Source: an uncultured Acidobacteriaceae bacterium
GTDB taxonomy: Bacteria > Acidobacteriota > Terriglobia > Terriglobales > Acidobacteriaceae
Direction of reading: 5' to 3'
Length of the DNA: 64,000 nt
Assembly: GCA_963818235.1 (NCBI GenBank)
Contig: CAWFRI010000003.1
Coordinates: 295,831-359,830, forward strand
A program made the position numbers and the translations under genes. A model generated the notes under the pieces. That model was given only the letters and a program-made list of their open reading frames with translations, searched no databases and had not been told where the DNA came from. The first letter of the stretch is position 1, and the number at the start of each line of letters is the position of its first letter. Below, one piece after another: positions 8,310 through 18,282 of this stretch.

Positions 8310-10145
8310 TTAGCGCTTCGCCGCGCGCAGCCGCTCCTCCAGAGCCTTCACCTCGTCATTCAATCCCTCCGGCAGATGGCTGCCGAACTGAGCGAAGTGT
8401 TCCCTGATCAATGGCACCTCCGCCAACCAGCCTTCTATATCGACGCTCAACAACTCGTCCACGTGCGCGCCCTGAATATCCAACCCTCTGGTATCAAGAT
8501 CGTCGACTTCGGGAACGCGCCCAATGGGAGTTTCCTTCGCGTGAATTTTCCCTTCGCAGCGTTCGAAGATCCATTTCAGCACGCGGCTGTTTTCCCCGTA
8601 GCCTGGCCATAAATAGTTGCCGCCCTTATCCTGGCGAAACCAGTTCACGTAAAAAATCTTGGGCAGCTTCGCCGCGCTGGCGTGCTTTCCGATCTTTAGC
8701 CAGTGCGAGAAATAGTCACCCATGTGGTAGCCGCAAAAGGGAAGCATGGCCATAGGATCCCGTCGCAGTTGGCCAACTTTTCCGGTGATGGCGGCGGTGG
8801 TCTCACTGCTCACCGTGGCTCCCAGAAATGTTCCGTGCTGCCAGTTGAACGCTTCCGTGATCAGCGGAACGATTCCCGCGCGCCGGCCACCGAAAAGTAT
8901 GGCATCAATCGGCACACCCTTAGGGTCTTCCCATTCGGGAGCGATCACCGGGCACTGCGTTGCCGCACACGTAAATCGGGAGTTCGGATGCGCCGCCTTC
9001 CTTCCCGACTCCGGAGTCCACGGACGGCGCAGCCAGTCAATCAATTTGGCGGGCGTTTCTTCAGTCATGCCCTCCCACCAAACATCGCCATCAATGGTCA
9101 TCGCGCAATTCGTAAAAATGGAATCATGGGTCACGCTCTGCATGGCGTTGGCATTCGACTTCATGCTCGTGCCGGGCGCCACGCCAAAAAATCCGAACTC
9201 TGGATTGATGGCGTAAAGCCGGCCATCTGCGCCAAATTTCATCCACGCAATGTCATCCCCGATGGTCTCGACCTTCCAGCCGGGAAGCGTCGGAATCATC
9301 ATCGACAAATTCGTTTTCCCGCACGCCGAAGGAAATGCCCCAGTCATATATTTCGCCTGACCCGACGGGCTAATCAGCTTCAGAATCAGCATGTGCTCGG
9401 CCATCCAGCCTTCGTCACGCGCTTGCACCGAAGCGATTCGCAGCGCGTGGCATTTCTTCCCCAGCAGCGCATTACCACCATAACCGGAGCCAAACGACCA
9501 GATCTCGCGCGTCTCCGGAAAATGGCAAATGTATTTATGTTCTTTGTTGCACGGCCAAGGTGAGTCCGGCTGATTCGGCCCGAGCGGCGCGCCCACCGAG
9601 TGCATTCCGCGCACAAACTCGCCGTCTGTGCCGAGCACGTCAAGCACATGGCTGCCCACGCGCGACATAATGTGCATGCTGACCACTACATACACTGAGT
9701 CCGTAAGCTCCACTCCGATCTTAGAAATCGGCGATCCAATCGGACCCATGCTGTAGGGCACCACGAACATGGTGCGTCCGGCCATACAGCCTGTGAATAG
9801 TCCGGTTAGCTTCTGCTTCATCTTCCCCGGATCTTCCCAATTGTTGGTGGGACCAGCCTCTTCCTTAGTGCGCGCGCAGATGAATGTCTGGCCCTCAACT
9901 CGAGCCACATCGGCGGGGTCCGACCGTACCAGATAGCTGTTAGGCCGCTTCTCCTGATCGAGCGGGACCGCGGTACCGGTAAGCACCAGCAACCGCAGCA
10001 TCGCCTGATATTCCTCAGCCGATCCATCACACCAGTGGATGCTATCTGGCTTGCACATCTGGGCCACTTCTTCGACCCAACGCTCCAGTTTTGAGTTCCG
10101 AGGATTGCGCGCTGCTGCCTCGACTTCTATCGTGATGGTGGCCAT
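8310..10145 (-). CDS. pckG: phosphoenolpyruvate carboxykinase (GTP)
   Basis: Full-length match by eye to GTP-PEPCK (...WCDGSAEEY..., ...[13 protein letters not shown]... kinase-1a P-loop, ...GDDIAWMKF...). Start set at the ATG at 10145 (MATITIE...); a TTG at 10169 is the alternative. Confidence 0.95.
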   Translation of the reverse strand: MATITIEVEAAARNPRNSKLERWVEEVAQMCKPDSIHWCDGSAEEYQAMLRLLVLTGTAVPLDQEKRPNSYLVRSDPADVARVEGQTFICARTKEEAGPTNNWEDPGKMKQKLTGLFTGCMAGRTMFVVPYSMGPIGSPISKIGVELTDSVYVVVSMHIMSRVGSHVLDVLGTDGEFVRGMHSVGAPLGPNQPDSPWPCNKEHKYICHFPETREIWSFGSGYGGNALLGKKCHALRIASVQARDEGWMAEHMLILKLISPSGQAKYMTGAFPSACGKTNLSMMIPTLPGWKVETIGDDIAWMKFGADGRLYAINPEFGFFGVAPGTSMKSNANAMQSVTHDSIFTNCAMTIDGDVWWEGMTEETPAKLIDWLRRPWTPESGRKAAHPNSRFTCAATQCPVIAPEWEDPKGVPIDAILFGGRRAGIVPLITEAFNWQHGTFLGATVSSETTAAITGKVGQLRRDPMAMLPFCGYHMGDYFSHWLKIGKHASAAKLPKIFYVNWFRQDKGGNYLWPGYGENSRVLKWIFERCEGKIHAKETPIGRVPEVDDLDTRGLDIQGAHVDELLSVDIEGWLAEVPLIREHFAQFGSHLPEGLNDEVKALEERLRAAKR

Positions 10146-10322
10146 GATGGTTAGTTTCTCCCGGTTCAATCAAACGTGGATTGCACACCCCCGGCGGAAT
10201 GCGGAAGACCTCGCAGGCATGAATGCGGGGTATTAAGGGCGAGTTTTTCTCCGCGGGGCACAACTCTAATATTCTCTCGCACTTGCAGGGATTATTCCAG
10301 CGAATGATTAGCCGGAGTGGTT

Positions 10323-11412
10323 TTAGTGCTGGCTGGCGTCCAGCAACTCCTTCAAATATTGCTGCCAAACCGCCGCCCAGGTGTGCGTCCCTGCCCGTGG
10401 GTCTGTTCGGAAATGGGTATCAGGACAAAGCGACCTTTTTTCACGCGCTTGATTTCCCGCTCGGCAATGCCCAGTTCCGGAGGGTTGATGAAATCGTCGG
10501 CTGAATTCACAAACATTACCGGAACTGTGATTCTTTCGAGTGCCGCCGAAGGATCGTAGTCCCACGATGCGCTTAGCGCGTAGAGCAGGTCATTCGCGTC
10601 GTGGGCTGCGACGAAACGCTTCACGTAGTCGGAATCCGCCGCGTCGGTTGCCTCACGGGTGGAAAGCGTTTTCTGTAACTGAAGCGGCGCGCCTCCGGCG
10701 ATGTAGAACATATCGGCGGCGGTCTTCAGCCCGGCGCGCGGCTGGGCCGTATAATCACCGTCCTTCCAATCCGGATCGTCACGGATCCCATCGATAACCA
10801 TTTTGCGCCACAGACGATTCCGTCCTGCGATCTGCACCGGCTGGCAGGCAAGAGGCATGAGCGCGTCCATAAAATCCGGATAGGCTTCGCCCCACATCCA
10901 CGAATGCATGCACCCCATGGAGGTTCCGAGTATCAAGCGCAGATGATTCACGCCCATCCCTTTTTCCAGCAATTCATGCTGAGCCGCAATCATGTCGTCG
11001 TAATCGTATTGCGGAAAATGAGCGTGCATGCTGTCGCTGGGTTTGCCGGATTTTCCGTGGCCGATGTTATCCGGCAGAATTAGGTAATAGCGAGTAATGT
11101 CGAGCAACTGCCCCGGTCCAAACAGTATGCCCGCAAACTGCGGCGCGAGAAACTGCTCGCCCGTCCCGCTAGTAGCGTGCAACAGCAGCACGGCATTCGC
11201 AACCTTGCCGCTTGCGTCACGCACCGAGTCCCGAAAGTTCGATAGTGCATGTTTAATTCCGGCAGGGTTTCGCCCGACTTGAAACGGAAATTGTGCTCAA
11301 CGTAATCGCCTTGTTTGGGCGTGGGCAATTGGTTGGATTGTTGAGCGGCGGCGATGGATGCTAATAGCGCTGCTACGAATGCGATCCCAGCCGCTCGAAG
11401 GGAATCTTGCAT
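10323..11412 (-). pseudogene. secreted alpha/beta-fold hydrolase (homoserine-acetyltransferase-like fold) interrupted by two 1-nt frame disruptions
   Basis: One protein is spread over three minus-strand frames. Frame 1 (11412..~11227): signal peptide plus ...LPELNMHYRTFGT. Frame 2 (~11224..~10392): RDASGKVANAVLLLHATSG...GTSMGCMH (nucleophile elbow)...IPISEQTHG. Frame 3 (to stop at 10323): GTHTWAAVWQQYLKELLDASQH. Both junctions fit one missing base next to G/C runs. Confidence 0.75.
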
Positions 11413-11473
11413 ATTGACACCTCGTTCCGACGCAGACTATCACGACGCGGCGAACCGCCGGATTGACGTGATG

Positions 11474-13021
11474 TTATTTCAGCGTCAAGAATGCTACGCC
11501 ATAGCCGTTAAGAGTCACCGTCATCTGAGAACTAGGCGTGACCGAAGCCGCCGTGGGGCCGGAGTTCACGCTCGTCTTGGAGTCAATCGTCAGCAGGCTG
11601 CCGGTTTGGAAAGCCCCCAAGGCGGAGACATCGATCGCAATGGTACGCGGAGCACCGGGGCCGTTGTTGTCGGTGGGCGCGTTGAGGGCGTGATTTGCGA
11701 TCATGATCACGACGCTGCCATCAGGATTTTGTGCCGCCAGCACTTCAATTTCGGCGTCGTCGCTGTTGTTGGTTTGTAGAATGCTTGCCCCGGGCGGGGA
11801 AGGGAACATGCGTGCCAGCCAATAGTCGACCCAATAGCTGAGCTGCAAAGCGTCGGTGTTGTAATCGACCTCGCCGAACTGCGCATCGGCATCGAAATCC
11901 CAGTGGTAGAGAGCCTGCACGCCGGCCTTGGCAAATTGCGAAAAAACGTAAGGCCTCCACGCCGCAAAAAAGGCGCTCGATCCTCGCTGATCGAGAATGA
12001 ATGAAGTACCGTTGCATGCGCTGATGCCGCTGCCCTTGTCGTAATCCGCATTCACGTTGTTCTCCGTCACCCACACGGGAACCGAGGCTAATGCGGGATT
12101 CGAGGCCATCTCGGAATAAAAATACTGCACATCGGGTACAAAGTTGTTGGGGATGCTGGCAAACACTGTAGCGTCGTCGTCAGCCTGATTACAGGTGGAG
12201 TAAAAATGTGTGGCCATCACATCCACTTGCGCGGTCACGCCACTATTGGCACTCACGAATGTAGGTAACCAGGCCTGTGGTTGCCCTGCGAAGTCCGCGA
12301 GTTCCATCGCCACAAACTTGATCGAAGGGTCGACTGCTTGCATGGCGGGCACCATAGTGTTGTACATAGTTACGTACTGCTGCGGCGTCAAATCATTATT
12401 AATATTCGGTTCGTTGTAAATACCCCACCATGTAATTGTGTCGGTCGGGTAAGAGGGGGAGGTAAAACTTTGCCCGCCCGCAGTGAATCCGCCTTCGTTG
12501 TAATAGAGAACTAAATTCTGCGCATAGCTGGCGAATTGCTGGAAGGTGAGATCGGTAAAATCATTGCCGCTATCATCTCCGCTATACAAAAAAGGAGGCG
12601 CTCTTGCGATCTGAAACTCGGGGCTGTGATCGCCAACGCTTAGCACCGGCTGCGTAATTGCATCGAGCGTCGCAAAATCCCAGGTGGTGGAAGTGCTATC
12701 CGCCGCTCCCTGAGGAATTCCTTCGGAAACCCCCTGCAAGCGGATGTGCTGCGGCAGCAAGTTTCCCAAAGTCGTGGTCGCGTTCGGGTTGAGAGAGAAG
12801 AACTGATAATCCCATTCCGCCGGTTGGAACGAGGTGGACATCGCTAGGTTCATGGGCCCAGCGACCGTCTTTGTAACCTGCACCTGCGCGTTTGGTGGTG
12901 TTTGTTGAGCAGGCTGAAGGCTCATGCTGCCACCACCGCAACCCGCACAAAACGATAGAAAGTCAAGAGGCAAAATCAGAACTCCCGAGCGCAAATACGG
13001 CTTGGGATGCACTCTCGTCAC
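11474..13021 (-). CDS. secreted glycoside hydrolase, clan GH-A (GH39/GH30-like)
   Basis: N-terminal lipoprotein-like signal. ...WWGIYNEPNIN... (acid/base NEP motif) and ...VWVTENNVN... (nucleophile TE motif) have the spacing typical of (beta/alpha)8 clan A hydrolases. Exact family not determined. Confidence 0.7.
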   Translation of the reverse strand: MTRVHPKPYLRSGVLILPLDFLSFCAGCGGGSMSLQPAQQTPPNAQVQVTKTVAGPMNLAMSTSFQPAEWDYQFFSLNPNATTTLGNLLPQHIRLQGVSEGIPQGAADSTSTTWDFATLDAITQPVLSVGDHSPEFQIARAPPFLYSGDDSGNDFTDLTFQQFASYAQNLVLYYNEGGFTAGGQSFTSPSYPTDTITWWGIYNEPNINNDLTPQQYVTMYNTMVPAMQAVDPSIKFVAMELADFAGQPQAWLPTFVSANSGVTAQVDVMATHFYSTCNQADDDATVFASIPNNFVPDVQYFYSEMASNPALASVPVWVTENNVNADYDKGSGISACNGTSFILDQRGSSAFFAAWRPYVFSQFAKAGVQALYHWDFDADAQFGEVDYNTDALQLSYWVDYWLARMFPSPPGASILQTNNSDDAEIEVLAAQNPDGSVVIMIANHALNAPTDNNGPGAPRTIAIDVSALGAFQTGSLLTIDSKTSVNSGPTAASVTPSSQMTVTLNGYGVAFLTLK

Positions 13022-15453
13022 TTATTGTGCGACTCCGGCGGAGCTGTCATCTCCATTGCCCAAATTCCCGCCGGCCGCATGTACATGGACGCGCGAAAAT
13101 TGCCGGTAATGTCGTAGGCCTCCGGCGTGCGAAACCAGTATCCTTTCGTTTCATAAACCACGTGATATACGCCCCAGGACGTGTGATATCCTTCCTCTTT
13201 CATCCCATCACTCAACATCAAAGCGGCAACGCTGAAGGTCGCGCCCGTCCAAACTTCGGCCACTTGTTCATTGTCCTTCTTTTCAATGATGCTGCCGTCC
13301 GCCGCCATTCCGCTTACGGCGCCCATATCGCCCTTGCCAAATTTCATGACATTGAAGTCAAACACTTTTTTCAACGCCTTCTTCTGCATTTCCAGTGGCA
13401 CGAGATCTCCCAGCCCCGTCATATTTGCGTACCATTGTCCCGCGAGCTGCTCCGCCTGAATGTCATCTTTATATTCGCTTTGCGTGTCGTACAGGAAGTA
13501 CTCACCATTCCACAAGTTCTTGATGTAGCTTGCTTGGCCTCGAACGAAGAGTTCGTGATACTTCGCCGTATTAGCAGTATCTCCTAAGACTTTTCCCATC
13601 TCTTCGGCTGCGCGCAGTGCGGCGAGCCACAAACTGCCGCAATAGGCGCTCTCCCCGCGCACTACCCACTCGTCGTAGGTCTGATCCGGATAGCCATCGT
13701 TCTGCGGAATCCCATCCCCGGTGCTGGCGAATTTCTCCACATAAGCCAATGCCTGCGTTACCGCAGGCCACGTGTATCGCAGAAAATCGACGTCCTTACG
13801 CCCGCTGAAGACAAAGTCGCGGTAAATCATCAATACGAATTTCGGATTCAGATCCTTCCATCCATTTGTATCCTGCCAGCTGAATTGATTTACCTGAATG
13901 AACGGATCTTCGTGCGGAACTCCCAGATCGTGCGGCACCGCGCCTTTGATCTTCCGCGTTCTAAACTGCTCCTTCCTCGTCTGTGCAGATTTCCAAATCC
14001 ACAAGTACTTGTCATTGATCTCGGTCGGAACCGTATCGGCGAACGCGCGCATTACCTGCTTGTCCAGATCGGGCCAGAATTTAGTCAGCGGCATCGACCC
14101 ATAAAAAAGGACGTCGAGCGTGTTGTAGTAGGGGTAATCGAAACACTCCATAAAGCCGAAGGTAGACTTCGCATCTTTCCCAGCTTCCACGGGACGGCCC
14201 CACAGCGAACCTCCGTCCGCCAGCACGTAGAGTTCGTTGAATAGCTCGCCGCGATACCACAGTGGCTTGCTTTCGTCCTGAACGTAGGGCGCCTGCCACG
14301 AGTCGATGACGTCGCTCCATTTCGCCGCGTTAGTCAATCCATCGGCTGCAATTTTCCAGGCATTGGTTCCGCTCGTGCCGTAGAAATCGGTGTAATGGCG
14401 ATACCATTTGCGTCCGGAACCAAACTCGACGATCGGAAGATCCCACGAAATCACCATTGGAACAGTGCGCTTCTCTCCAGGTTTCAGCGTGAAGGTGACT
14501 GCGATTGCGCCGGCAAGATTTTCTCCGCTGCTTACCCATTGCCGGTCGTTGTTCGCCAGCTTGCCGTCTTTAGAGAAAGAAGCCCATACGTCGCTGCCAT
14601 CGCCGTCCGGCAAATATGTCGTCTGGTAGCTCACCTCGGCACCCGGAGACTCCAGCGCCGCGATTGCCATCTGTCCATCCCATTCGTCAGTTACAGCAGA
14701 GCCAACGCGGTGGCGGTCGAAAACGATGCCCTTCACGGTTGCGCCATTCTGCCCTTCGCTCATGAAGCGGTTGGTATCGCCTTCATTGAGATGCTCGCTG
14801 AAGTTGCTGCCAACGCCGCGCGCCCAGCCAACCATATTCGTCCAGGAAAGAAGAACAGAGACACGCACAGTCTGGTTGGTAGGATTCTCCGCGTGCCAGC
14901 GGTAAACCGCAACCGGATAGCTGGTTTCACGGTAGTTGTCCGGAAGAATCGGCGAAAATTGTTCCAGTGTGACGTGCGCGGGGAACTTATTCCACCGGTA
15001 GTCGTACCAGGACTTTGGATAGAGCGAATAATAGTCGCCAGCACCCACTGGATAATCCCATTTCCAAGTGTGTAACGATCCTCCCGCCGGATGGCTGGTT
15101 GATAAAACTTGAGCTACGCTTTCGGATGATCCTTCCACCGCTTGATACATCGCGAATTGATTGGCGAAGACAGTTTCATATTTATGAACCCCGGTCTTAA
15201 GATGCCAACGGGAAAAATCTCCTGCGTAGTTCCGGGAGAATGTACCAGCGCCGAACCCGCCCACCGGCGCGCCCTGCCAGTAACCGTCATCAATAATCTG
15301 AAGATTGGTTTTCTTTGTGCCCGCGCCACTTAATGGTTCTCCAATGGCGCGCTTCCATGCGGCTTTAGGAATGGAATCACCCGCACATGCAGCCCCATGC
15401 AACAGCGCCAACAAAAAGCAGAGAGCCGCTCCGTACACGATCCGCAGCTTCAT
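13018..15453 (-). CDS. GH116 family beta-glucosidase (GBA2 / bile-acid beta-glucosidase-like)
   Basis: ...GAPVGGFGAGTFSRNYAGDFSRWHLKTGVHKYETVFANQFAMYQ... N-terminal GH116 domain plus C-terminal (alpha/alpha)6 domain (...DGYPDQTYDEW...). 4-nt overlap with the downstream GH gene. Start set at the ATG at 15453 (MKLRIVYGAALCFLL signal peptide). Confidence 0.85.
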   Translation of the reverse strand: MKLRIVYGAALCFLLALLHGAACAGDSIPKAAWKRAIGEPLSGAGTKKTNLQIIDDGYWQGAPVGGFGAGTFSRNYAGDFSRWHLKTGVHKYETVFANQFAMYQAVEGSSESVAQVLSTSHPAGGSLHTWKWDYPVGAGDYYSLYPKSWYDYRWNKFPAHVTLEQFSPILPDNYRETSYPVAVYRWHAENPTNQTVRVSVLLSWTNMVGWARGVGSNFSEHLNEGDTNRFMSEGQNGATVKGIVFDRHRVGSAVTDEWDGQMAIAALESPGAEVSYQTTYLPDGDGSDVWASFSKDGKLANNDRQWVSSGENLAGAIAVTFTLKPGEKRTVPMVISWDLPIVEFGSGRKWYRHYTDFYGTSGTNAWKIAADGLTNAAKWSDVIDSWQAPYVQDESKPLWYRGELFNELYVLADGGSLWGRPVEAGKDAKSTFGFMECFDYPYYNTLDVLFYGSMPLTKFWPDLDKQVMRAFADTVPTEINDKYLWIWKSAQTRKEQFRTRKIKGAVPHDLGVPHEDPFIQVNQFSWQDTNGWKDLNPKFVLMIYRDFVFSGRKDVDFLRYTWPAVTQALAYVEKFASTGDGIPQNDGYPDQTYDEWVVRGESAYCGSLWLAALRAAEEMGKVLGDTANTAKYHELFVRGQASYIKNLWNGEYFLYDTQSEYKDDIQAEQLAGQWYANMTGLGDLVPLEMQKKALKKVFDFNVMKFGKGDMGAVSGMAADGSIIEKKDNEQVAEVWTGATFSVAALMLSDGMKEEGYHTSWGVYHVVYETKGYWFRTPEAYDITGNFRASMYMRPAGIWAMEMTAPPESHNK

Positions 15454-15525
15454 GGATTCCCCCGAGAACCAGAGTAGCGATGAACCAGACTTTCGATAAG
15501 CTTGGCCCAATCCAAAAAATGCCCT

Positions 15526-15541
15526 ACAAAATCGTTATTGT
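15526..15541. promoter_or_regulatory. candidate LacI-family operator in the GH116 / lacI divergent intergenic region
   Basis: ACAAAATCGTTATTGT has 12 of 16 positions self-complementary around a central CG. It resembles generic LacI/GalR operators and the two motif copies upstream of the TonB receptor gene. Confidence 0.4.
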
Positions 15542-15722
15542 GTATAGCATGAACTCGAACGCTCTACAAGCAAAATGCTCGGACCTGACTTGATCCTTCA
15601 AGAGGACTTCCGGAACGCCAGGGCTCAAGCAATTAACGATCAATCCTCGGCATCTGATATAAGAGACCACTGGTGTGTTCAAGGTTATTCGCTGTGTCAC
15701 GGATCGGAGACGATCTCAATAT

Positions 15723-16778
15723 ATGGGCCAAGTCAGAAAGCCTCGCCCTAAATCAACGGTCGTCACGCTCAAAATGGTTGCCCAACACGTTGGGCTCACT
15801 CCGGGAACGGTTTCTGCGGTTCTAAACGATGCTCCTTCCGCTCGTTCCATTCCGCAAAAGACCAAAAATCGCATTCACGCTGCCGCCAAGGAACTGGACT
15901 ACCGCCCTAACTTCTTTGCCCAGAGTTTGCGCAACAAACGCACCTATATGATTGGCGTCATCGCCGAGGAGATCGGCGACTCTTACGGTTCGCTTGTAAT
16001 CAGCGGCATCGAAGAATATCTCAGAGAAAAAGACTATTTTTTTCTCACCGTCGTACACCGCCATAATCCCGAATTGCTACAGCGCTACTCTCAGATGCTC
16101 ATGCAACGCGGTGTCGAAGGCTTTATCACTGTGGACATGCAATTGACCGAAGCTCTGCTACTGCCCACGGTGGCCGTGCCGGGACACATGCAATTGCCCG
16201 GCGTTACGAACATTGTTCTGGATCATCAGCATGCCGCTCGTGTCGCGCTGAACCACTTACTTCAACTGGGCCACAAGAATATTGCATTCATGAAAGGACA
16301 GTCTTTCAGTTCGGATTCGGAGCACCGTTGGCAGGGAATTTGCCAGGTGGCCCAGGAATTGAAAATCAAGATTAGACCTGAGCTCACAGTACAAATCGAT
16401 ATCGACGATCCCACTCCACAACTCGGCTATCCCTTTGCCAAACAATTGCTGGAACGCAAAGTTCCATTTAGCGCGCTGTTCGCTTACAACGACATTTCGG
16501 CATTGGGATCGATTCGCGCATTCCAGGAGGCCGGACTGCGAGTGCCGCAGGATATTTCGGTGATTGGGTTCGACGATATTCAGGGAGCATCTTATAGTAT
16601 GCCGACTCTTACCACCGTTCGGCAACCTTTAGCCGACATGGGACGCCTCGCCGCACAAACGTTGCTGGCCCGGATTGAAGGTGCGAAGGATTCTCCGGCC
16701 GAAATCCCTATTGAGCCTAAACTGGTAGTTCGGCAATCCACCGCGCAGGCTCCCGTTTCCACCAACTCATCGTCCTGA
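15723..16778 (+). CDS. LacI family transcriptional regulator
   Basis: N-terminal HTH ...VTLKMVAQHVGLTPGTVSAVLND...NRIHAAAKELDYRPNFFAQSLR... followed by a periplasmic-binding-protein-like sugar-binding fold. Start set at the ATG at 15723 inside the longer ORF. Confidence 0.9.
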   Translation: MGQVRKPRPKSTVVTLKMVAQHVGLTPGTVSAVLNDAPSARSIPQKTKNRIHAAAKELDYRPNFFAQSLRNKRTYMIGVIAEEIGDSYGSLVISGIEEYLREKDYFFLTVVHRHNPELLQRYSQMLMQRGVEGFITVDMQLTEALLLPTVAVPGHMQLPGVTNIVLDHQHAARVALNHLLQLGHKNIAFMKGQSFSSDSEHRWQGICQVAQELKIKIRPELTVQIDIDDPTPQLGYPFAKQLLERKVPFSALFAYNDISALGSIRAFQEAGLRVPQDISVIGFDDIQGASYSMPTLTTVRQPLADMGRLAAQTLLARIEGAKDSPAEIPIEPKLVVRQSTAQAPVSTNSSS

Positions 16779-16837
16779 GGGCACAAGAGTCGGCCTTTCT
16801 GAGCCGCCTCAGGGATTCCCCCATAACTAGAGATCGT

Positions 16838-18034
16838 ATGCATCCCGTAGAAATGTTGCGAACCGATTCCACGTCGGCGGCGAATAAGATGGCGAACGCC
16901 GCCTTCGTTCCCATCGGAATCGTCACCGTACTGCTGGGCCCGCTGCTGCCGATTTTGTCCGCCCGTTGGTCGCTGAACTATCTGCAAGCCGGCTCGCTTT
17001 TTACGGCGCAATTCCTGGGATCGACGCTCGGAGTCGGTCTTTCCGGGACGTGTGTTTCGCGCTGGGGATTTCGCTTCACCATCAGCGCTGGCCTTCTTGC
17101 TACCGCTGTGGGCGTGGGGATCCTGCCCTTCAGTGCTCGTTTCGTTGGTCCGATCTGCATCGCTTGTTACGGAGCCGGTCTCGGGCTGGCGATCCCGGCT
17201 TGCAACTTGCTGGTCGCGGCAGTGAATGCCGAGCGCCGCAGCGCAGCCCTCAATCTGCTTAATTTCTGGTGGAGTGCGGGGGCAGTCGCGTGTCCCTTTA
17301 TTGTAGCTGCGGCGGCCAAGTTCAATCAGATCCAACTGTTCCTCGGCGTCGTTGCAGGATTTCTCTTTCTGTCATGTCTGTGGATTGCGGCCCTGCCCTC
17401 CTTTGTCCAACCAGCCATGTCTAAGGTCGACAATCGCTCGGATACTTTGACGGTGAATCGGAACCGCCGATCATTCGTTGTCCTCGCGGCCCTGTTTTTC
17501 TTATATGTGGGGACGGAGAACGCATTCGGTGGTTGGATTGCTTCCTACGCCAGGAGCCTCGGGACTTCGTCGCCGACGTTATCCGTCATTACGCCTTCGT
17601 TTTTTTACGCCGCCATCATGATTGGAAGATGGCTAGCGAATTTTACGTTGAGAAAGACGGCAGACATCGATGCTGCGCGAGTTGGGCTTATTGTGGGCTT
17701 CCTGGGAATGCTGGGCCTGATTTTCTCACACACCCTGGCCTTCACAGTCGTTAGCGTTTCAGTGGCTGGGCTTGGGCTCGCCGCCGTCTACCCTATTACG
17801 ATCTCCCTCCTTTCACGCGAATTCGGAGAGAGAGCGGCACGCGTCGGGTCCATTATGTTCACAATGGCCAATCTTGGAGGCGCTTTCTTGCCTTGGTCGG
17901 TTGGTTATTTCTCTCACGAATTCCATAGTTTGGGGGTCGGACTCGTCGTTCCTGTTGCCGCCACGGCTGTAATGTGGATTTTTTACCGCTTCTTTCTGAG
18001 TAATCGAAGTGTGCTTCCCTTGGCTAGGATATAA
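16838..18034 (+). CDS. MFS sugar transporter (FucP/glucose-galactose permease-like)
   Basis: 12-TM-type hydrophobic profile. Immediately downstream of lacI on the same strand. Confidence 0.8.
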   Translation: MHPVEMLRTDSTSAANKMANAAFVPIGIVTVLLGPLLPILSARWSLNYLQAGSLFTAQFLGSTLGVGLSGTCVSRWGFRFTISAGLLATAVGVGILPFSARFVGPICIACYGAGLGLAIPACNLLVAAVNAERRSAALNLLNFWWSAGAVACPFIVAAAAKFNQIQLFLGVVAGFLFLSCLWIAALPSFVQPAMSKVDNRSDTLTVNRNRRSFVVLAALFFLYVGTENAFGGWIASYARSLGTSSPTLSVITPSFFYAAIMIGRWLANFTLRKTADIDAARVGLIVGFLGMLGLIFSHTLAFTVVSVSVAGLGLAAVYPITISLLSREFGERAARVGSIMFTMANLGGAFLPWSVGYFSHEFHSLGVGLVVPVAATAVMWIFYRFFLSNRSVLPLARI

Positions 18035-18153
18035 ATCCCGCTGGTTGATTGGGAAGCACCAAGAAATGAGTAGATCGGCGATGGAGCTAATTACCATGGT
18101 GTATCGTTCAGGCACCTCAATCCGTAAATTTAATCGGAAAATCGATTTTCTGC

Positions 18154-18183
18154 TTGACAACTGTTATCTGTGTGCCGCTTAAT
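18154..18183 (+). promoter_or_regulatory. candidate promoter of the TonB-dependent receptor gene
   Basis: TTGACA (18154-18159), 18-nt spacer, CTTAAT (18178-18183). The -10 element is weak. Confidence 0.3.
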
Positions 18184-18204
18184 ACCAGCGCGGGTCTCTC
18201 TAGT

Positions 18205-18234
18205 ACAAAAACGTTAGTATAAAAACGTTATTCT
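18205..18234 (+). promoter_or_regulatory. two adjacent LacI-operator-like motifs downstream of the candidate promoter
   Basis: ACAAAAACGTTAGTAT (18205-18220) and ATAAAAACGTTATTCT (18219-18234). Each matches the 15526 motif at 13/16 positions. The AACGTT palindromic cores are 14 bp apart. Confidence 0.4.
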
Positions 18235-18282
18235 CACACACAGAAGTTACCCGTCTGGAACAACTTTAAGTGGAGGCAGAAC

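Noticed and set aside
12892-15075. Plus-strand ORFs (231, 119 and 226 aa) inside the GH-A and GH116 genes
   Set aside because: Antisense artefacts with no motifs or start context.
16592-17335. 247-aa minus-strand ORF spanning the lacI 3' end and MFS 5' end
   Set aside because: Arg/Gly/Ser-rich composition, overlapping two supported plus-strand genes.
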